Below the pieces are notes generated by a model. That model did no database searches. It was not told the origin of the DNA and saw only the letters and a list, made by a program, of their open reading frames with translations. The position numbers and the translations under genes are program-made. DNA of 59,280 nucleotides, counting the filler, from Basidioascus undulatus (Eukaryota): NCBI GenBank assembly GCA_000826855.1. It is 4 parts of 4 records of this genome, joined end to end, with 100 filler letters (N's around TTAATTAATTAA, not from the genome) between each part and the next. Parts side by side here need not be neighbours in the genome. Positions count along the whole stretch, not along the records: positions 44,557 to 59,280 come from JTLS01000701.1; 3 more parts are not named here. One strand, 5' to 3'. This document shows, piece after piece, positions 50,584 to 59,280 of the stretch; the stretch's first letter is position 1, and each line of letters starts with the position of its first letter.

Positions 50584-51526
50584 TCACAGCTCGAGAACGG
50601 CTCCAGCAAGATCCGCCACTGTTACGCACTCTGCATTATATACGCTGAAGGCAATCGGAATGGGCGCAGGAAGGGACAGGCCGAGGTGAAAGAGCAGATA
50701 CGAGACAAAGGTGGCGAACCCGAAGAGGGCTTCTGGGACCTCGAGCAGGGGTATGCCCCAGCCTCCGCGCAATTCGGCGGGCGCGAAGACTTGAGCGAAT
50801 CCCGGCGTGTTGTCACGAAGATAAGGATGTGTTCGAAGAGTGACGCCCTCATCCTGAAGTTGCCCCGGGGAGAGGATGGGCGGGTGGGAAGAGAAGGGGA
50901 AGCCTGAGGAGACGCGTAGGCACAGCAAGAGCGAAGAGTTCTAGGTGCAAAGGGTAATGGACTTGCGTTCGATCCAATCAAGCCAATCACAGCGCAGCAT
51001 GTCAGGCCATGCCGCATACTCAGAGGCCTCATTGATGGCTACATGATACGGGCAGGTAGTCGGGGCCAGCCGCGTCGGGCTCTTTGTCTCCGATCGCACT
51101 GTCACTCAAGCGATGCCCGCGCTGCGGCTTGCCCTCGGCCGCCCCGAGGACCGTAGCCGCGAGCCCGTCCCAGTAGTAGCAGTCGGCGGCGGGCATGCCG
51201 GTGCCGAGCGAGGAGTAATGCGCGCGGCAGTCGGACTCGGAGTACGAGTGAAGGAGGCGGCGCGACGAGTGCGTGAGTGCGAGGTGAGTCGACAGATCGC
51301 GAGGATCGATGAAGGACATAATGTCGATGAGAATCTCATCCGGAATAGTGGTGAGTGAGGATATGGAGGTCTTGTCTGGGTGAGTATGGAGATGGTAAGG
51401 GAGATGGTGATGGGAACCGACGAAGAGGCGTCGGATTAAACGCGCGGCGGCGACGCCAGGCCAGGCAGTGGCTGTGTTCTCAGACGATTGAAATGACTGG
51501 CTGCCGATAGTGCTTGTTGCAAGCAT
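50584..51526 (-). CDS. F-box-like hypothetical protein (possibly degenerate; boundaries uncertain)
   Basis: SLTTIPDEILIDIMSFIDPRDLSTHLALTHSSRRL is F-box-like. A downstream GC-rich block reads LRTHPYLRDNTPGFAQ...VTVADLAGAVLEL. Start and splicing are unresolved. Confidence 0.5.
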
Positions 51527-51941
51527 CTGGATTGAGTTCCAGATATAAATCTTTAATTCTAGCAGCTTTCCATTGCAGGCCTTAGCGTCAGCTTCAGCTT
51601 GATGGTCTGGAGAGCCGACGCAGCGCCGCCCAACCGGGGGACGCCGAGCAGGCGGAGCTGTGCGGAGGGATTGCAGAGCGACAGTCAAGGAAACGCCCTG
51701 GGGTGGTCCCGGTTTGTTTTGAATTATTAGCAGGGCAGTAGCTAGAGGCTAGATACTGTAGAAGCTCTCCCACTCGTTCGCTCGGCTGAGTCAAGATACT
51801 TCTGCAAAGCGGCTACAAGTGCACACTCGCACACTGCTAAGACCCAATGCTTGCATACTAAAACGCTTTCTAACAAATGTAGCTAAAGTCTGAGTAAAAG
51901 ATTTGTTTTCCCCCACCTGTACGAAAGCCGCCAACCGATCC

Positions 51942-52767
51942 CTAGTCTCCCTCATCCGCCGCCAAAGACGCTTTGATAGCAGCGAGCTCGAGCTTCGCCC
52001 ATGCGATAGCCTCCAGCGCCATCGGCCTCGTCTTCGGATCAATCCTACAGCACGCGTCAGAAATACATGCCATAGGTCCTGTAAATCGGGGGTGCCGGCC
52101 AGTCACAGTAGCGTCGAATGCGGCCTCGTCTGAGGCAAAGTCGTACTTCGCTCCTGTCATGATATCGTAGTTTACGACCCCGACGGAGTATATATCGCTG
52201 GCCTAAAAAATGGATACGTGAAAGAATTGCACCGCCTCGGAGCCAGCTAGCCGACCGTCCCCATGGGAAATATGAACCAGTTCCGAGGAGCAGAACCGTC
52301 GGGGCGCAGTCTTTGCCTGATCGAAGTCGATCAGTCGAGGCGAAATGGAGTCTCTGCTGAACATGATGTTATCGGAATTGAGGTCCCCGCGGATTATTCT
52401 GTGGTTGTGAAGGTGCGCAACGACTTCGCAGAGCGAAACAACCCATTCGCGCCGGCGGACTGTCGCAGTCGGGCCGGTCGTCGCTTCCAGTGCGTCGAAG
52501 ATATCGAGCTTATAAGGCCTCATGGCATAGCCGTTGCGCATGGGGCGAAGGACTTCTACCAGACGAGGATGTGATGGCAGGGAAATAAGGATCGAGTATT
52601 CGTGCTCTGACCTCCAGCCAGTCTTTTGGACCTCGCTGTCGGTGAATCGAAGTTTGTGACGAGTGGTTTTGAAAAGCTCGAGCGTTTGCCTTGGGAGTTC
52701 ATGTGGCAGCGGGGCAGTGCTCTTGGGCACCTCGTGCCGCTCCTGCTCCTCCGCTTCGGCCCGTCCC
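51942..52767 (-). CDS. Divergent protein-kinase-fold gene (pseudokinase or pseudogene)
   Basis: EHEYSILISLPSHPRLV, VAHLHNHRIIRGDLNSDNIMF, RLIDFDQA, an intron, then ASDIYSVGVVNYDIMTG and CCRIDPKTRP. Subdomains are in order, but the HRD and DFG motifs are altered and no G-loop or ATG is seen. Confidence 0.7.
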
Positions 52768-53988
52768 TACACGACACTCTTTGTTAAGCTCTCTATTGAT
52801 GCAAAACGCTTTGCTCCTTTGAAAGACCCACAGACTTGCAGGCCGACTACCAGGCAGTTCCCCCATTCGTTTTGCTACTATGTCTCTTGTATCAGAGCAT
52901 TTTTTGGGACATGATCTTATCCACGGCTACCTGGACTGCTCAATGTACCCTTGAGAGTTCCGAGTCGCTGCGAGGTTGTCGAAGACAGCAGCGTTCGTGT
53001 CGCATTTCCTGCCTTCCGAAGGCAACTTTGCCTGGATCTCTTGCGATCCACGGTCACCGTCAGCAACAACTGCGTCAGGCTTAGACTGCGGAGCTTGGAC
53101 CTTTCCCATTAGCCAAATGGAAAAGTTCTCAGAGGATGTTTACAATGTGACAATACCAGGCCCAAAAGAGACTTCTCAATGGCCTACGTCTCGACAGTCT
53201 TGTGGACGCTCGGAAATATGTTGCCCAGGGCAGCCACTGATGAACGCTCAGAGTTCTTATGCCCACAATTATTCCCGGATCAAAGACCTTCATAGTGGAA
53301 GCTCTGATTGGTTTGGGCGTCGAGGAAGAACGACTGCCAGTTTTGGTCGGGTTGCAGACCAGCTACCGGCGTTGTACGTTGCGCAGAGGTCACCACAGCC
53401 AGACATCCCACAATGCACATAACGCAAGCGCACAAACCTGGACATATTATAGCCACAAATAATCTTTACAGGCTAATAAAGCATTCCAGTGTGTATCCAG
53501 ACGGTTGGGCGCGTACTTCCACTTCCACACTCTCTCAACCGAACAGGCCTCACCAGGCAGCTCCCTGGCGGAACATGATCCATTCCTATCAGATCCTGGA
53601 GAGTCTGGTGTATAACTCTAGGACTTAAATTTCTAGGAGAGCACACATCATCCTGAATGCTATTTTCGCGTCGAGCTCGGGGCTGTCCGACAGACATCGC
53701 AGCTCTGTATTTCTGTGCACATTTGCCAATGGCCGCCCCTTGGAGGAAAGGAGAATGAGCCGACCTTTTCTTAACGCAAAATGTTGTAATACGTTCTTCG
53801 CTACTTCTCAAAACAATGTGTTGAATCGCTCTTGCCGACTGCGGAAGCAACTGGGAACAACCGCGGAAGAACTCGGCCGACTAGACCCTGACCCTTACGT
53901 GGGAATTTCCCGGCGCCTGAAGGGCGTCTTCTCGCTCGCACTCTCCCAAGTTTCCCAGACGGTTGTCCTTCTCATCACCGCACCCGCC

Positions 53989-56134
53989 ATGTCGTCCTCG
54001 TACCAGACACCGCTATCCAGGTGCGCATTCCTCTCAGCATGCTATAGTTGTCCCCAGACTCCTGAATGTTTTTTCGCCGTGCAGCCGCTATGCGAGCAAG
54101 GAGATGTCCCACCTCTTCTCCAACGACGTGCGTGGAGGATGGCTCGGACTGCTGAGAGCTAATAAGGCTGATGTTGGCTGAGATCGGAGAACAGATGCGC
54201 TTCAAGACCTGGCGCAAGTTGTGGCTCAACCTCGCGATTGCCGAGAAGGAGCTCGGTCTTCCCATCTCAGACGAGGCCATCGAGCAGATGAAGAACAACC
54301 TCGTGCGTATCTTGCTTCAAGGGATCAGGGGATGCAAGCTGAAAGTTGGGGATGTGTAGGACCTCACCCCAGAGCAGTACAAGATCGCTGCTGAGGAGGA
54401 GAAGCGGAGGAGGCACGATGTCATGGCCCACGTCCACACCTTCGGCACCGTCGCCCCTGCCGCGGCTGGCATCATCCAGTGCGCTCCTACCCTTTACAAC
54501 AAAGGCGTAGAAGACTTACTTCACCTGTCCCTCACAGCCTTGGCGCCACCTCCTGCTACGTTACCGAGTCCGCACCCGTCGACCGCCCATCGTAACGCCG
54601 GCCGCTAACCCTGCCTTGTAATACAGCAACGCCGACCTCGTCTTTCTTCGCGACGGCCTGACCATGCTCCTCGACAAGCTCGCCGTCGTCATTGACCGCT
54701 TCTCGCGCTTCGCCGAGACGCACCGCGCGCTCCCCGTCCTCGGCTGGACGCACTTCCAGCCCGCGCAGCTGACGACCGTCGGCAAGCGCGCGACGCTCTG
54801 GATCCAGGTGCGTCTGTGCGGCGGCTTCTGGGAGGCAGCCGCTGATAAATTGGGTGGACATGGGGATTCAGGAGCTTCTGTGGGACCTCCGCAACCTCAC
54901 CCGCGCGCGCGACGACCTCGGCTTCCGCGGTGTCAAGGGCACCACGGGCACCCAAGCGTCGTTCCTCGCCCTCTTCGACGGCGACCACGCCAAGGTGCGT
55001 TTCTAAATTCATTAACCTGGGGAAAACTGGTTCTAATTGGGGTCGCGTTGCAGGTTGAGGCGCTCGACAAGCGCGTCACCGAGCTCTTCGGGTTCCCGTA
55101 CGCGTACCCGGTCTCGGGACAGACTTACTCGCGTAAGATCGACGCGGACGTCGTCCTCCCGATCACCTCCTTTGGGGCGACGGTGCACAAGATCGCGACG
55201 GACATTCGGCTCCTCGCGAGCCTCAAGGAGCTCGAGGAGCCGTTCGAGAAGGACCAGATCGGCTCGAGCGCGATGGCCTACAAGCGCAACCCGATGCGCT
55301 GCGAGCGCGCGTGCTCCCTCGCCAGGCACCTTATGACTCTCGGCCAGAACACCCTCATGACTACTAGTGTCCAGTGGTTTGAGCGCACGCTCGACGACTC
55401 GTGCGTCTGCCCTCCCTCTCCCGTCTTCCTGTCGCCACGCTTGACCGTCTGTCTTTTTTCACAGTGCCAACCGCCGTGTTACTATTCCGTACGTATTTAA
55501 TTACCTTTTCTGTCACTTTTCTTCCACGTCCCAGTCGCTCCCTTCCACTTCCTACTTCTCTCGACCCCCCGGCCTCCTCCCCCGCCCGGCGCCCCTCCTC
55601 CTCCCCCTGCTGTCAATATGCTGAAACTCCTGTTCTACCAAAGGGAGGCCTTTTTGACTGCCGATATCCTTCTTTCACTCCTGCAAAACATCTCCGAGGG
55701 TCTCGTCGTCTACCCGGCGATTATTGCGCGCCGGATCTCGCAGGAGCTCCCCTTCATGGCGACGGAGAACATCATCATGGCGATCGTCAAGAAGGGCGGT
55801 GACCGTCAAGAGTGCCACGAGCGCATCCGCGTGCTCTCGCACGAGGCCTCGCGCGAAGTCAAGGAGTTCGGGCGCGACAACGACCTCATCGAGCGCGTGA
55901 AGAAGGACCCCTTCTTCCAGCCCATCCACGACGAGCTCGACTCGCTCCTCGCCCCGAGCACGTTCGTCGGTCGTGCGCCGGAGCAGGTGGACAGTAGGTA
56001 TTACATTTTTATGAAATGTAAGGTCTTTTGCTGATCCTCGGTTGGCAGACTTCCTCGAGAACTGGGTCAAGCCCGCGCTCAAGCCGTACGAGGCCCCGCT
56101 GAAGAACGCGAAGGACGTTGAGCTGAACGTTTGA
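53989..56134 (+). CDS. ADE13: Adenylosuccinate lyase
   Basis: [99 protein letters not shown] and [12 protein letters not shown]. About 10 introns. Stop TGA at 56132-56134. Confidence 0.98.
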
Positions 56135-56487
56135 TCGGGTTGATGGAGAGCGAGTGCTATGGGATATTCGAGGTGGTTTCTCTTTCATAGACTGTTGTGC
56201 ATCTGCTACGTCGTGGGTGTGGCTGGCCAGTCCGATCGTGTATTGGCGCTCGTTCACACTGCAGGCCGGCTCTGATGAACCCGTAAGCAGCGGTTCCATC
56301 CTCTCACTTTCCTTTCTTCTTCCCTCAACACAAGTATCTTCCTTCAGAAAATCATTTTCAAGCCGCCAATGCAGTGCTACATTGAGCTTGGCGCCCGTCC
56401 ATAACAGCGGGACCTGACATTTCGGCCCTCCTTCCTCGCTCTCGCCGTGCAGCGTGCAACTCTTGTAATGCAGTATTGCCAGAACGC

Positions 56488-57445
56488 ATGCGGTGTACGC
56501 ATTCTGCTCTGCATTTCTCACTCATCTTTCGGTTCAATGGCAATTCCGCTTCAATCCGAACCCTTCTTCTCGCTCTCACCACGCTCGCTCACCTTCTGCT
56601 CACGATAGCATTCGAGCTCCGGTCCCTCGATCGTCTCGCTACTTCGCTTCCTTCGCTTCCTGCGGCATCGTGCACTTCTCCGCTGCTTGTTTCTGCACCG
56701 CTAGGTACGTTCAAGGTATGTGTCGCACTTGAAACCATCTCACGAAAAGGGTTGCTAACGTCGCTTCAAGGTGGTCGACTACCCTCGCCTCTACCCATTT
56801 TCCGGCCTGCTCGCCTTCAGTCTGTGCTCAGCTTCGAAAGCTGTCAAGGTAACGCCGCCTTCTGGTACGCTTGTTCGTATTCTCCTCGCGGCGGGCAGGC
56901 CGTGGTGACTGACGTCGTTCTTCCAAAGCTCGCTCACTTACCCTTCCCACCACTTCCATCCTCCGCTCGAGATTCCTTTCCTTCCTGTCGACAAGGTACG
57001 CCTCTATAAAAGGATTGGAGTATTCCGACATCTAGACTGACGCCATCTGCCTCAGGAAACGCCTGCAGATACACTCCGCATGCCACAGCCAGCCGGCACG
57101 AGCGCGGGGGCGCAAGACCGCCTACCGCGCCGCTGCCAGACGCATGCCCTCCCCTCAGTCTGAAGACTCTTCGGACGACGACATCGTCATAATCGTACGT
57201 CCGACCGCGGGGCCGTCGCGCGGCGCGGCGTCTTCAACGCCTGCTTCGTCGACGCTGCCCGTTACGCCGCCGAAGAAGCGGGGCAGGCTGGATAATCAAG
57301 TTGGGTTTGACCCGGAAACGGGTAAGTCTCGTCTCTATCCACGGTAATCGTCGAACCCTTGCTAAAAGTTGCTGCAGACTACGTGAGCGGCGAGTGGCTC
57401 TCGATGACCACGCGCTTGTACAGAAGCGCCGTGCCGGCAAGCTGA
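56488..57445 (+). CDS. Orphan five-exon gene (240 aa if translated from 56488; shorter if from the ATG at 57144)
   Basis: Introns 56716-56770, 56865-56928, 56996-57055 and 57322-57377 have GT donors, branch-like motifs and AG acceptors. Removing them gives a stop-free 723-nt frame containing SEDSSDDDIVIIV and an NLS-like PPKKRGR. Confidence 0.5.
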
Positions 57446-58399
57446 AGATCCTTTGAGATGAGGGGGAGAGTGGTAGAGACGTTCTTAGCGACCAGGTCGT
57501 CCACGCTCAGCATATAGAAGTCCCCGCTGGACTAGGTGGAGACACGGAGGATGGTGGACATCAACTCGAGCGGAAGACGCTGGGAAGACATGGTTTGTTG
57601 ACGGTACGTGATGTACGTGATGATGAGTTGTGGGTGAATGTGCTTTTGGAAATGACCGTGCACTGGGCGTTGGTGGCGAGCGTGGTAGTGGAAGGAAGGA
57701 GTGCCAGGACGCTAACCTTCTCTCGCGAGTACAGGCAGAGCAGGTGACCGTTATTGGCCTTTGCTAGCACTGGACTTTCCCCTTTGTGAAACCTATGGAC
57801 CTCTTCATAGTGTGCTCAAATTCATGGACCATAGAATCCTGGTTACTTCCCCTGAAATCAGTCTTCTGGCGGCGGCCTGACATGCAACTTTTGGACCAAT
57901 ATCGCAACACCATGTCGAATGCGGCAAGACATATGGCTATCCATCCTCAACGTACTTACCAACGGATTTCATTCAGGTTAAGCCAGAACAACCGCGGCTC
58001 CCAAGGATGTCCTAAGATCAGGATTCCGCTCCAGCCGCCAGAACGGTCTGATGCATGAGAACAAGCGACTTACTCCCAAGATCGATTGCATCAACCATTA
58101 TCAAGGTACATGCATATTCAGATGGTTCATCCTCCCACACAGCGTCTGTCCCCGCGTGATACCGACGTTAAGTCAGTTCGCACGACGGCGTTTAACAGTC
58201 GGTAGTCCTGATGCTTGCTTTGGAACGTCCCGCTCTTTGTCCCATAGTTTCATCCAAACACCTTCAACCTGAATAATATGGTTAGTTGGCCCAGCACAAC
58301 CGCAGAAGACAAGCACAACCACAGAAGACATTAATCACAAACGCTGAATCAAGAATGTAAGTGAAGCCAGCCACGACCTGCGCGAACACATGTGAGATG

Positions 58400-59280
58400 C
58401 AGGTCACATATCTGTATCTGGAAAGATTGTGCTCTTAGAAAGACCCTTCCGCCAACATGTCCTGAACGAGATAAAATGCGCCGCAACCATCCAAACCGCC
58501 TCCCGACTGGTTTTCTCGCGCAGAGGAACCTCGAGCTCTTCTTCAGGACCGCCGTCGGTCCACACGAAAGCCTTCCGGAACGTCTTCGTCTACCTGGACT
58601 GTTTCGGAAGCGCGGGATCGCCTTCGTCGCTTTCCGGTGCGGTGACCCTCAACGAACTCCGCCTGGGGACGCCGTCGGCAACCTCTTCCGCCAGAGCGCT
58701 TCCGTCGACCTCCTCAAACTCCTCTCGTGCAGACACCCAGCTTCAAACGAGGAGCGCCTGCTGGAAGAAAAAGCGATGGGTGGCCGGTGGTGTGGGTGCG
58801 CCGCGGAAGGGTTTGGATGTAAAGCGAGTGGCGGCCCAATGGGCGCGAGGATCGGCGCCGGAGCAGTCAACCCTTTTCCTGCGAAATAAGACAACTCTAT
58901 GTGCGGTGGACCTGTCCTGAGCCATCGAACGTTGTAAAGACGGTGGAAACGTATGCTGCCCTCGGGATCAAAGTCAAAGATTGGCGGCAAGCGACGGCCG
59001 TTGTCCAGCCTCGCATAGGGCTCGCACAGCTCGTCGAAGTATGCATGTACAAGATGCACGAAAGCCGGTGGCCTGCTGTACTTTCCTCCGTACTTGAGCA
59101 TCTTGTCAAGCAAATCGGTCAGGTTGGGAGGAGTGTCCAGAGGAAGGGTCCCAACATATATGCTCTTACTCAGATCCATCATTAAAAATCCAGACCGGTC
59201 GATGGGCCTGGTGTGGTCGACCGTCACCAGCGTACAGCCACCTTAGCAAATGATAGACTCATCTTGCCAAGTGGTACCTG
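58400..59280 (-). pseudogene. Unidentified ORF fragment, probably frameshifted and truncated at the window end
   Basis: The 192-aa ORF 58649-59227 has a globular-looking segment (IYVGTLPLD...AYFDELCEPYARLDNGRRLPPIFDFD). An acidic continuation (EEFEEVDGSALAEEVADG) is in another frame and contains a stop. Confidence 0.35.

Noticed and set aside
56132..56143. Stop-codon readthrough producing a cryptic peroxisomal signal on ADE13 (also examined for the FGGY kinase and SPT subunit)
   Set aside because: None has the TGA-CTA context, and the extensions do not end in a PTS1-like tripeptide.
1..59280. CRISPR arrays, rRNA genes, prophage or intact transposons
   Set aside because: No regularly spaced repeats, rRNA-like sequence or intact mobile-element ORFs were seen. 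The sequence is eukaryotic.

Overview
Intron-rich, high-GC fungal DNA, most consistent with a basidiomycete yeast of the Pucciniomycotina (Rhodotorula/Sporidiobolales-like). This is inferred from short introns with GTGCGT/GTGAGT donors and CTGAC/CTAAC branch points, plus the gene set. The window is NOT one locus. It is four ~14.7-kb contigs (1-14759, 14860-29617, 29718-44456, 44557-59280; lengths 14759, 14758, 14739, 14724) joined by identical artificial 100-bp spacers (N44-TTAATTAATTAA-N44), apparently in length-sorted order, so gene neighbourhood across the spacers is meaningless. Contig 1 carries an NDT80/PhoG-family transcription factor, a Mis18/Yippee protein, a serine-palmitoyltransferase small subunit and a PTS1-bearing Ahp1/Prx5-type peroxiredoxin. 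Contig 2 has a cluster of decayed genes, pICln/Lot5, a conserved fungal hypothetical and threonyl-tRNA synthetase. Contig 3 has an Rrt8/Lds (EI24) protein, an orphan Cld1-like 3' fragment, an FGGY pentulose kinase, tRNA-His(GUG) and a large disordered SQ/TQ-rich protein. Contig 4 has MED7, an Ish1/Msc1 protein, an F-box-like gene, a degenerate kinase and adenylosuccinate lyase. I see no convincing novel multi-gene system. The best leads are an intron-retention switch giving pICln/Lot5 two alternative C-termini (one resembling a PY-NLS), the NDT80 homologue in a basidiomycete, and a candidate DNA-damage scaffold protein. Exon boundaries and family calls were made by eye without database searches.
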